Origin: Verrucomicrobiales bacterium
Lineage (GTDB): Bacteria; Verrucomicrobiota; Verrucomicrobiia; Limisphaerales; F1-80-MAGS106
DNA: 25,923 nt
Direction: 5' to 3'
NCBI GenBank assembly: GCA_947487925.1
Contig: CANLCA010000001.1
Location: 1-25,923 of the forward strand
Part shown: positions 10,901 through 18,418 of the stretch, piece after piece
Layout of the letters: each line of letters begins with the position of its first letter
Position numbering within the stretch: position 1 is the first letter of the stretch
The notes under the pieces: generated by a model
Databases searched by the model: none
The model's input: the letters and a program-made list of their open reading frames with translations, nothing else
Told to the model about the DNA's origin: nothing
Translations under genes and position numbers: made by a program

Positions 10901-12248
10901 CACACGTAAAACCAAATGCGCCATTGAGGCTGCTCAGGGCGCTCAGCCGGTTCCTGAGCAATGACCATTCGCGGCCTTTTGAGGCAAGACGATTGTTATC
11001 GTGCGTCTCACTGTAGTGGACGAGCGTGCCGACTCGGGTGCTCTGTTTGAGACAGTGGGAAAGGTAGCCGGCAACTTGAACTCCTGAAAATTCCTGGAAA
11101 AGCTCGGAGTAGGCCCACTGCATTCCCCCAAGAGTGAGCAACGTTTCGGTGTCATCCCAACCTCCGCCAAGGCCTTCAAGAAGGAAGACCGTGTTGGGAA
11201 ATTCGTTCCGAACCCGGGCAACGATGTACCTCCAGACCGGGGCAGGCACCTTGTAGCCTGCATCACATCGAAACCCATCAACGCCCCTCCGGCACCACGT
11301 CAGGAGAGCTTCCGACAGTTCGTGCCACAGAGCGTGGGAGGCGGTGTCCAGCTCCACAAGGTCCTCCCAGACCGTCCCCCAGGCGCCGGGGCTCGCGAAT
11401 TGTCCATCGGGCTCCCTCACAAACCACTCGGGATGTTCCTCATGCAGGGTTGAGTTCCATCCGGTATGGTTGATCACGATGTCCAGCAGCAGTTTGCCCT
11501 CAAGCTCGTGCACCGCATCCGCCAACTCGATGAACTGGTCCACCGCGGTTGTTTTCTTGTCGAACTCCATCAAGGCCGGATCGATGGCGGTCAAATCCTT
11601 GCAGGCGTAGGGGCTGCCAAACCGCCCAAACCGGGCAGAAGTCGTCGGTGTGGGGTTGATGGGCAGGAGGTGCAGGGTCCGGCAGCGAAGTGCCTTGAAG
11701 ATGTGGGGCAGTTCCCGTTTCAGATCCCGCATTGTTCCGGAAGGGGGGATGACCGTGTAGCCCAGGGTGTCCAGCGCCCGGGCCTGCGATTCCACCTCTG
11801 GGTTCTGGGTTTTTGAGAGATTTTTGCTGGGACCAAACAGCCGGGTGAAGGCGCAGTAAATCGTGTTGGCCGTTCGAATGGAGTCCGGGTGCACCGCAGT
11901 CCCAGTGTTGGCGCCTTGGGGCCAATGCTGTCGCCCTTCTGGATCCACTACGAAAGCCTTGGATTCAAAATATCCCACCTCGCCTAGCGCCAGACGCACT
12001 ATCCACCCGGAATCGGTTCTGTGCATGGGCACATCGCGCCAGAACCCTCCCGGTCCTGGTTTGGAAAAGGTCCGGATCGTCTCGCTTCGCAAACGCGCTG
12101 CGCGACCCAGGTTGGTTCGTAAAAAGGCGCTCCAATTTCCCTTCCTTTCCAGCCCGGGATCGAACCCGAGTTCGAATTCAATCGAGTCGCCCACGTAGCC
12201 CACAGTTCTTGAGTCGCAGGCCGGTTTCATCAACAGTCTTGGCATCAT
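7893..12248 (-). CDS. Glycogen debranching enzyme: GH13 alpha-amylase-family domain fused to GDE_N and amylo-alpha-1,6-glucosidase (GH133-like) domains
   Basis: GH13 conserved regions DIVINH, DGFRCDAG (nucleophile), FLLEG (acid/base), ETHDN. C-terminal AGYPWFLDWGRDTFI, TWMD, GYPVEIQALW, YHNGTAW, HLPEI, AQAWS. Start placed at ATG 12248 rather than TTG 12302. Confidence 0.9.
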   Translation of the reverse strand: MMPRLLMKPACDSRTVGYVGDSIEFELGFDPGLERKGNWSAFLRTNLGRAARLRSETIRTFSKPGPGGFWRDVPMHRTDSGWIVRLALGEVGYFESKAFVVDPEGRQHWPQGANTGTAVHPDSIRTANTIYCAFTRLFGPSKNLSKTQNPEVESQARALDTLGYTVIPPSGTMRDLKRELPHIFKALRCRTLHLLPINPTPTTSARFGRFGSPYACKDLTAIDPALMEFDKKTTAVDQFIELADAVHELEGKLLLDIVINHTGWNSTLHEEHPEWFVREPDGQFASPGAWGTVWEDLVELDTASHALWHELSEALLTWCRRGVDGFRCDAGYKVPAPVWRYIVARVRNEFPNTVFLLEGLGGGWDDTETLLTLGGMQWAYSELFQEFSGVQVAGYLSHCLKQSTRVGTLVHYSETHDNNRLASKGREWSLLRNRLSALSSLNGAFGFTCGVEWLAKEKILVHQCGGLSWGSPENIIEELAQLNQLLIDHPCFFDTSCVTRFSPDNSSVLALRRESPDGQNTVYVFANLDAECSQTLEVSCADMRMAGPDSVFPACHLIEASPGFKYRRGKGSIELQFEPGDVVCLATSTEVQGLTGPSYRRARAQAAAAIQALSIVAEPERIGRFDWQELAGLVDRDPLSFLGKVATLEGSAGDSDFMEALRAIPGSSAYAPVVKWTTEEATRVTLVPHRHWLLLSDPNPFRASLQTRSRSIRMESIPTLRGFVVFVPPVSEEEEGAVLLEIHRFLPETARHAAKLLFLGARAAVHSRLTANYGEALVLLTNGIGGMARVPVDLGAIRSKYDCVLGANLHASVPVDRHVFVKRLRLWVMARNHLTQLNAGNLVSFRSQSVAEWVFHAHAGDGFVTPIRLRAQMIQGRNSTRFEVSIPPQAEGPANRTHSGPVSIVCRFEIEDRNFHSQTQHNDGSERHFASFTHSLPGGLGFEFTPAADRQLRVFCDRGRYHVQPEWCDRIPHPVESTRGQEPSGDAYSPGWFECPLEIDRPVAFTATAELGGRWDEPQTPMPVRAEGRDDFESILRVAIDAFVVRRDAGKTVIAGYPWFLDWGRDTFIAARGLITAGMHEPVLQILRTFGKFVDRGTLPNNIHGEDASNRDTSDAPLWYGVVCEELALATGCDAQEGSAKKAPYSAPIDARGRTVADVLREIARGIIDGTPNGIRMDPDSGLVWSPTHFTWMDTNFPAGTPREGYPVEIQALWIRLLRLLARLRLDPVERPWAEIAEMAERSVSAYYWLEDAGYFADHLAAKPGQPARLSHADDALRPNCLFLVSLGLVSGERARRTVDAAARFLVVPGAVRSLAPRPVLMPLPIRTSGGALLNNPTSPYWGRYEGDEDTSRKPAYHNGTAWVWPFPTFCEALACAYEFAPRAVAAAQSYLGSASVLLMEGCVGHLPEILDGDVPHTQRGCDAQAWSATETLRVFKLLEDRNRDQGVALG

Positions 12249-12347
12249 ATTAACGGCCCTACTGTGCGGGCTCCTCCCCGGTTTGACGAGACGGTTTTGC
12301 AAGGGATCGTCACGAGCCTGCGTCCTGGCAAGAATGTCGACGTTTTC

Positions 12348-13538
12348 TCAGAGGACACCGCCGGAAATCTGGCTGACAACGAGGTTCAAGTCGCGCCCGG
12401 TCTTGTCGAAATACTTGCTGGACAGTGCCCGGGTGAACTCTGGCACCGCGTAGAGGAAAACCAGACTCACGACAGTGCCTTCGAAGCCAGTTCCAACGAG
12501 CCTAGCCCCTGAACACGCTCCGAATGTCCGAGCGGTGTCGTAGATCAGTTCGATCTCCGGGGAGGTGATGCCAAAGAAATCGCGGGAACTTTCATGGCTT
12601 TGAAATAGAGAGTGTCCAAACTGCTCTAAATCGAAAATCTGCAACGCAGATTCCGCCGCCATGACTCGTTTGACTTCACCCGCGATGTGATAGGCGCAAC
12701 GGAACAGGGTGTCATTCAGCCTGTTCTGATTCACCCGGATGTAGTGGAGGTCCGCACTCCTCAGAACTTTGAGGGCAAGGGCTTTGGCCGCGTCACGGCA
12801 TTCGGCTCGTTTTAACTCCGCCCGCATGGGCTCATCGCCAGCCCGATGGGGAATTTGGCAGATCACCAACGCGCTGGTTCCAGGCATCGGATGCTGGGTC
12901 ACCGTTTCATGAAGGTGATCCAGCAGCACCACTGAAAAAGGCTTGGAAAACAGCGGTGTCACGTAGGGCAGGAGATCCTGGTCGCTTCCGGTCTCCAGGC
13001 AGGCATCCCGGCAGAGTTTTGCGAAACAAAGCTTTTCCTTTCCCGTCAACGCGGGGAGACGGCCCCGATGATCTCGCTGCGGGGGACGCAAGAAACCGGT
13101 GTCCGTGAGGCGAAAAGGTTGCAACTGCCGCATGCCCAACAACGCTCCCAACGGCACCAAAGCCTGGATTCCTGAGTGTCCATGGAGGGGCAACGTGGAA
13201 TGAAAAGCGGCGTTGAAGCCGCTGAAACTCATCCCCCGTTTGCGCAAGGCACTCAGCACACTTTTTATCGGCTTCACCCACTCCGGGCTTTCTTTCAAGG
13301 AGAGATCAGTGATCCAGAAAATCACCGGTTGTTCGCGCCCTGTCAGAGCGAGGCATACACGGCCATCCGAACGCGGCGCCAACGAGACCTCCAGCCCCTT
13401 GTCCAGACCGGCTCCCAGAGCCAATCCGCGGGTCACCGAGGCGTAACTCCCCAGCAGTTCCACCGATCCCGGCACCCTCAACGTGTGGGTTGGAGGACAG
13501 TGAAATCGCTGTCGAAATATCTTTTCAACCTCAAGCAT
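12348..13538 (-). CDS. Galactokinase-fold (GHMP) protein with degenerate active-site motifs; probable pseudokinase
   Basis: Length (396 aa) and motif order match GalK: VPGSVELLGSY at the signature position, SHESSRDFFGITSPEIELI and GARLVGTGFEG. No stop or frameshift. galK symbol withheld because the catalytic motifs are altered. Confidence 0.82.
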   Translation of the reverse strand: MLEVEKIFRQRFHCPPTHTLRVPGSVELLGSYASVTRGLALGAGLDKGLEVSLAPRSDGRVCLALTGREQPVIFWITDLSLKESPEWVKPIKSVLSALRKRGMSFSGFNAAFHSTLPLHGHSGIQALVPLGALLGMRQLQPFRLTDTGFLRPPQRDHRGRLPALTGKEKLCFAKLCRDACLETGSDQDLLPYVTPLFSKPFSVVLLDHLHETVTQHPMPGTSALVICQIPHRAGDEPMRAELKRAECRDAAKALALKVLRSADLHYIRVNQNRLNDTLFRCAYHIAGEVKRVMAAESALQIFDLEQFGHSLFQSHESSRDFFGITSPEIELIYDTARTFGACSGARLVGTGFEGTVVSLVFLYAVPEFTRALSSKYFDKTGRDLNLVVSQISGGVL

Positions 13539-13566
13539 CCTTCAGTCGGTCGCAATCAGAGGAATT

Positions 13567-13587
13567 GAAAGCAAAAAGCAAAAAGCA
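13567..13587 (+). repeat. Three tandem RAAAGCA heptamers in the divergent galK-like/aroB intergenic region
   Basis: GAAAGCA AAAAGCA AAAAGCA read directly. Confidence 0.65.
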
Positions 13588-13603
13588 GCAACTGATAACA
13601 ACG

Positions 13604-13631
13604 TTTACAGCGCCGCCTCGGACCTTATGCT
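13604..13631 (+). promoter_or_regulatory. Putative sigma70 promoter of aroB, probably giving a leaderless mRNA
   Basis: TTTACA-N16-TATGCT, then 6 nt to ATG 13638. No Shine-Dalgarno. Confidence 0.5.
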
Positions 13632-13637
13632 CGACTC

Positions 13638-14822
13638 ATGCGAACAGTCACGGTTGCCTTAGGTTCCAGAAGTTATCCCATTCTCATTGGCGAGGGAGCT
13701 CTCTCCAAGTTGGGCCGACAATGCACCTCTGCCGCCCTTGGAAAACGCTGTGCTGTTATCACCGACACCCACGTCGGACCGCTCTTCGGTAGCTCCGCAC
13801 TGGAATCGCTTCGGAAATCCGGCTTCGACCCCGTCCAGATTACCGTGCCGGCCGGCGAGAAATCCAAGAGTCTTGATGTTGTCTCCAAGTGCTATGACCT
13901 CATGGCGGCGCATCGCTTGGAGCGAACGGCCTTCGTGGTCGCGCTGGGTGGGGGCGTCGTGGGCGATCTGGCTGGATTTGTCGCCGCTACTTACCTCCGC
14001 GGAATTGCGTTCGTGCAGGTGCCCACGACCCTGCTCGCGCAAGTCGACAGTTCGGTCGGAGGAAAGGTCGGCGTGAATCTTAAAGCCGGGAAAAACCTTG
14101 TGGGCGCCTTTCACCAGCCACGGCTGGTCCTCTGCGATCTCAGAACGTTGAGCACACTGCCCGATCGTGAATTCCGCGCGGGCCTAGCCGAAGTGATCAA
14201 GTATGGTGTCATCTTCGACGCCGCATTTTTCGAAAAACTCGAGTCCAACCTCCCGAGCTTGCTTCGAAAAAGCCCAAAACTTCTGGCGGAAGTGGTGGCT
14301 CGCTGCTGTGAAATAAAAGCTGAGGTTGTAGGTCAGGATGAAACCGAAACAGGATTGCGAGCCATCCTCAATTTCGGCCATACGATTGGGCATGCTATTG
14401 AGGCGGTGTTCCGCTACGGGGCCTATTTGCATGGAGAAGCCATTTCCATCGGCCAGGTGGCGGCTGCGATGCTTTCCAGCCGTATGAGCACATTCCCGGC
14501 CGCGGATGTGGAAAGGGTCCGTCGTCTCTTCGAACACGTCGGGTTACCCACCCAGATCACGTTGGGGGATTCCCAATGGAAAAAGCTCGAGGCCGCGATG
14601 CGCCTGGACAAAAAAGTTTCCGGCGGCGCCGTCAAATTTGTTCTCTCGGAACGTCTCGGCGCGGCGTCCTGGGGCCATCCCGTCCCATGGGATCGGGTTC
14701 GTGCCGTCCTGTGTGAAACCCACGGGCCTTCCCGCCCTGATCCCTCCGGAAAGCAGCGGCTGACCAAGCTTTTTAATTCCCAGGCGATTCGGCCTCAATC
14801 CTCACGAACTCGTCGCCCTTGA
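13638..14822 (+). CDS. aroB: 3-dehydroquinate synthase
   Basis: GEKSKS, ALGGGVVGDLAGFVAATYLRG, PTTLLAQVDSSVGGKVGVN, KNLVGAFHQP, GLAEVIKYG, LNFGHTIGHAIE, HGEAI, DKK. Confidence 0.97.
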   Translation: MRTVTVALGSRSYPILIGEGALSKLGRQCTSAALGKRCAVITDTHVGPLFGSSALESLRKSGFDPVQITVPAGEKSKSLDVVSKCYDLMAAHRLERTAFVVALGGGVVGDLAGFVAATYLRGIAFVQVPTTLLAQVDSSVGGKVGVNLKAGKNLVGAFHQPRLVLCDLRTLSTLPDREFRAGLAEVIKYGVIFDAAFFEKLESNLPSLLRKSPKLLAEVVARCCEIKAEVVGQDETETGLRAILNFGHTIGHAIEAVFRYGAYLHGEAISIGQVAAAMLSSRMSTFPAADVERVRRLFEHVGLPTQITLGDSQWKKLEAAMRLDKKVSGGAVKFVLSERLGAASWGHPVPWDRVRAVLCETHGPSRPDPSGKQRLTKLFNSQAIRPQSSRTRRP

Positions 14823-16218
14823 GCACCAGCCCGGAAACGTTGCCGGCGTTGTCCCACCTTGGCGAATGTTTTCCGATGTAGGCACGGTATTCTGGCGATT
14901 CGTGTCCGTCCACCACCAGCACGGAGCGGATGTCTCGTTTCGCCCAATAGGCTAAATGCCTTCCATCCGGGCTGAACTTCATCGACCTCATGCCGATGCC
15001 ATCGTAGGGATCCCCCGCCACACCGTCGACCACGACGACCCATGAAATGCCTCGCCTCGCGACATAAGCGAGCCGGGATCCATCCGCGCTGAACACCGGA
15101 CCATCCGTCGAGATCCCGAAAAACGAGGCCCCTTCCTTGCCGTCGAGCACCACCAGCTCGTCCAGATCACGCGCCGCTTTGTAGGCAACGCGTGTGCCTT
15201 GGGGGCTGAAGACGGGCGGTCCAACTGCCTGCATCGCCGAACCGGCCATCCCATCGACCACCAAGTGGAACCCACCATTTTTTTTCTCACCGTAACCAAA
15301 TCGGGCACCTGTTTTCGAAAACGCGAGGCTTCCCTGGACGATTTCCTCGCAAGCAGGACCTTCCTTTTCGTTCACAACCACGCGCTGCTCCGTCCCGGAC
15401 ACTGCGCGGTAGGCCACTCGTCCTGTTGGATTGATGGTGAGATCCGTGATGGAGGCGTATTCTTTCCCCTCCACTCCATCCTTGATCACAACATACTTCC
15501 CGCGGCGGACCGCCAGATACGCAATCGTTTTTCCGTCGGCACTGAAGTAAAAGGCCCCTCGACCAACCGCTTCAAACGAAGGTCCAGGTTTACCATCGTG
15601 CATCAACAGCCATTTTCCGTCGCGCTTCGCCGCATACGCTACATGGTTGCCGTCCTCGCTGAATTGGGGGTCTCCCTCCCCGATTTGTTCAAACGACGGA
15701 CCTTCCACATCGTCCAGCACCACAGAAAATCGATCGCCTCTTTGGACGACAAAGACGAAATGCTTCCCATCAGGGCTGAACTGTGCGCGATCGATGCTCT
15801 CATAGGTTTTTCCTTCGACCCCATCCACCGTGACGAAACTGTTTGTCCCACGGATGCCGACGAATAAGAGCCGTTGGCCGTCGAGGCTCATGGCTGGTGT
15901 GCCGAACCCCACACCGTCGAGTGTTGCGACGAGTTTGCCTTCGACGAAGACCCGGTGTTTACCTCCTTGAATGGCCACGAAGGCCACGCGCCGAAAATCC
16001 GGACTGACTACGACGCTGGCCTGGACGATGCCCGGTTGCACCTTCCCCACGGGCACCTCTCTCACCTTCAGCGCTGCCGCGTTGCAGAATGCTGTCTGCA
16101 TCGCCACCACAATGATGACACACAGGAACACGACGCGAGCGATGAACGGGGCTGAGGAAACGCGCAAGCCGTGGGGTCTGTTGCACTCGCCGGAGGCAGC
16201 AGGTCTCAGAGAATTCAT
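14773..16218 (-). CDS. Exported PD40/TolB-like beta-propeller repeat protein (10-11 repeats of about 38 aa)
   Basis: Hydrophobic N-terminal segment (FIARVVFLCVIIVVA), then repeats of 'FSxDGx(H/R)xAYxAxRxxxxxVVxDGxEGxxY'. ATGA 4-bp overlap with the tatP stop. Confidence 0.83.
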   Translation of the reverse strand: MNSLRPAASGECNRPHGLRVSSAPFIARVVFLCVIIVVAMQTAFCNAAALKVREVPVGKVQPGIVQASVVVSPDFRRVAFVAIQGGKHRVFVEGKLVATLDGVGFGTPAMSLDGQRLLFVGIRGTNSFVTVDGVEGKTYESIDRAQFSPDGKHFVFVVQRGDRFSVVLDDVEGPSFEQIGEGDPQFSEDGNHVAYAAKRDGKWLLMHDGKPGPSFEAVGRGAFYFSADGKTIAYLAVRRGKYVVIKDGVEGKEYASITDLTINPTGRVAYRAVSGTEQRVVVNEKEGPACEEIVQGSLAFSKTGARFGYGEKKNGGFHLVVDGMAGSAMQAVGPPVFSPQGTRVAYKAARDLDELVVLDGKEGASFFGISTDGPVFSADGSRLAYVARRGISWVVVVDGVAGDPYDGIGMRSMKFSPDGRHLAYWAKRDIRSVLVVDGHESPEYRAYIGKHSPRWDNAGNVSGLVLKGDEFVRIEAESPGN

Positions 16219-17279
16219 TTGCCGACTTCCCCGGCACTCGCCCGGAACTCTTTCAAAATGGAAACGACTTCATCGAAGAGCACCGCGGGGACCACGGCGC
16301 CACGGATCTTCGGGTGTGTTCTGGCGATCACTTTCACCCAGTCCGCTTCAATCTCCGGGGTTACGGGCTGCACTTTTAGCCCTTGTTTCTCCTGCATCAC
16401 CTTGATCGCGGAGTTGTCTTCGTTCCGGCTGTTGTTCCTGATCTCACCTCCAGTTTTCTCGCCGTCGGCGATCAAGGCCTGCCGAGTTTCAATCGGAAGT
16501 TTGTTCCAGGCGGCAGAAGTCACCACCATCGCCCCGACCACAGGAACCCATCTCAAATCGAGCATGTAGCCCGTCTGTATCCCCACTTGCATCGCATTCC
16601 CTATGAAGGCGGGTATGGGAATGGCACTGATCATGTCGGTGGATAGACTCGAGAAAATCTTGTCGGGTTCGAGCACTACAGGTTGGTAGTAATCCTTGAG
16701 AATCTCGAGCGCCTCCGGATCTCCTGAGGAAGCATACACTTTCAAGGGCTTCAGGTCGGCGGGGGTTTTAATGGGCACTTTCGAAAACCAACGAACCCAT
16801 CCGGCGTCACCCCAAAATAGAACGACAAATCCTTTTTCGAGTAAGATCTTCTCGAGTTTTGGCCGGAGTTTCTCACGCACATAATCCACCTCCTCCCAGG
16901 ATCGGAACATCATTGGCATCATCTGGAGGGCGGTGACAGATTTGTCGATTTGCGCCATGCCCACGGCCGTGAGCATGGCTCCCTGAAGCTGGTTGACGCG
17001 CATGCGCCGGACGATGGCAGGTTCGCCTCCCTGGCTTTGAGCATAGATGTCGAGGGCCACGCCGCCGCCGGGTGCGGATTTCCAGCGCTGGCCCATCGCC
17101 TGGAGGCTCGAATGGAATGAAGAGCCTTTCGGGGCCGCCGTGGCGATGCGGATAAGGGGTTGCGTGTCGGCCGCCGAGAGGGTTGCCTCCGTGAGACTTG
17201 CCGCGGTTCCACCCAGTGTCCATGCGCCTGCCAGCGCGAAGGCTTGTCTCCAAAATGTCTTTAAGAACATACGTGCCAT
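16215..17279 (-). CDS. TRAP transporter substrate-binding protein, DctP family (TatP-type)
   Basis: Signal peptide, IRIATAAPKGS, GGEPAIVRRMRVNQLQGA, LFWGDAGWVRWFSK, PIKTPADLKPLKV, VGAMVVTSAAWNKLP. Lies immediately downstream of tatT. Start at ATG 17279 (17270 or TTG 17303 possible). Confidence 0.88.
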   Translation of the reverse strand: MARMFLKTFWRQAFALAGAWTLGGTAASLTEATLSAADTQPLIRIATAAPKGSSFHSSLQAMGQRWKSAPGGGVALDIYAQSQGGEPAIVRRMRVNQLQGAMLTAVGMAQIDKSVTALQMMPMMFRSWEEVDYVREKLRPKLEKILLEKGFVVLFWGDAGWVRWFSKVPIKTPADLKPLKVYASSGDPEALEILKDYYQPVVLEPDKIFSSLSTDMISAIPIPAFIGNAMQVGIQTGYMLDLRWVPVVGAMVVTSAAWNKLPIETRQALIADGEKTGGEIRNNSRNEDNSAIKVMQEKQGLKVQPVTPEIEADWVKVIARTHPKIRGAVVPAVLFDEVVSILKEFRASAGEVGK

Positions 17280-17474
17280 ACCAGTTTGCGAGCGTTCAAA
17301 CAACCTGACGTTGAACTCTAAGTCTAAGGGACTTTTCCCTCCATGCCAAGGTTCATGCGAACTTCGAGGGCAAGCCGCTCCGATGCCCGTCGCCTTGGGA
17401 AGACAGCGTGAGCGAATGACGTGGGCCTAACGTCCCACCCCCAGCGGTTTGTGGCCGCGGCCGCGTTGCGTCAT

Positions 17475-18404
17475 TCAAGGAGCAGGAGGCAGAAAATACT
17501 TGTCCACGCGCGCCAACAACCAGCGCGCCCGGCGCTGCATCACCAAGTTGACAAGCCGGTTCTCTCGTGACGCCTGAACATCCACAGCCAACGCTCTCGC
17601 CAGCGATTTTTCAAAGCCTGCCCGATCCTCCTGCGGAATGCAAACAGCCTCCGCGTAACTCACAAGGGGCCCCGCCTGCTTGCCCCCAGACAATTCCATA
17701 GCTCGTTCAAAATGTTGTGTCGCCCGTTCCACCGACTTCTCTCCGTTGCCCTGCCGTGCCATCTCGTAGGTGATCAGGAAGGAGTGAATCGCCCCGCGAT
17801 CAAAACCTTCGTCCAACTCCAACGCCCGGTCGATCATAGCCTCGACCAGCGCGATGTCCGCAACCAGGTTTGGATCATCCTTGGAGATCGAGATCGCCGC
17901 CGCCCAAGACACCGCTGTCCAGTAGAGCAGGCCCGCTTCACCGCGCCGACAACTCTTCGCCGCGGCTTTTGGGTTTTGGCGAAGTTGGGCCTGAAAGGTT
18001 GGTCGATTGAGTTCCAAGGCGCGCAAGCCATAATCCCGGCCGCGCAGGTAAAGGCGTCGCGCGCGGTCTCGAAATGGTTTGGCTGCCTCCAGATCGGTCT
18101 CCTGCAGTTCATCCGCGTCTTGCTGAACGAACGCGAATGCGTATTGCGTGAAGCCGCTGGCGGTTGCGGTCAGAAGGGCTTTGTGCTTCGGGGCCTCCTG
18201 GAGCAGGCTCTCCATCAGTTTGAGACTGAACGGAACTGCCGCCTTGACCAGTTCTGGATCGTCGTCGGAAGCGAAGGTCGTGCCACCTCCGGCGAGGGCA
18301 TCCCCTAGCTTGTTCACAGCGAGCTTCCTCACAGAGCATCCCGTGCCCAGCATCAGGGCCGCGCACACCGCTATCCAGCATTGATTCCGCACGCCAAGTC
18401 TCAT
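17475..18404 (-). CDS. TRAP transporter TatT component (TPR-like lipoprotein of TPAT systems)
   Basis: Lipobox-like MLGTGC, then 'FASDDDPELVKAAVPFSLKLMESLL', 'ARRLYLRGRDYG', 'LLYWTAVSW', 'ALELDEGFDRGAIH', 'HFERAMELSGG' and 'NLVMQRRARWLL', recognised from memory as TatT-family sequence. Confidence 0.86.
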   Translation of the reverse strand: MRLGVRNQCWIAVCAALMLGTGCSVRKLAVNKLGDALAGGGTTFASDDDPELVKAAVPFSLKLMESLLQEAPKHKALLTATASGFTQYAFAFVQQDADELQETDLEAAKPFRDRARRLYLRGRDYGLRALELNRPTFQAQLRQNPKAAAKSCRRGEAGLLYWTAVSWAAAISISKDDPNLVADIALVEAMIDRALELDEGFDRGAIHSFLITYEMARQGNGEKSVERATQHFERAMELSGGKQAGPLVSYAEAVCIPQEDRAGFEKSLARALAVDVQASRENRLVNLVMQRRARWLLARVDKYFLPPAP

Positions 18405-18418
18405 GTGATCCAGACCTC

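Noticed and set aside
12272-12278. Perfect GGAGGAG Shine-Dalgarno on the minus strand upstream of the debranching gene
   Set aside because: It lies 23 nt from the nearest in-frame start codon, too far to function as an SD.
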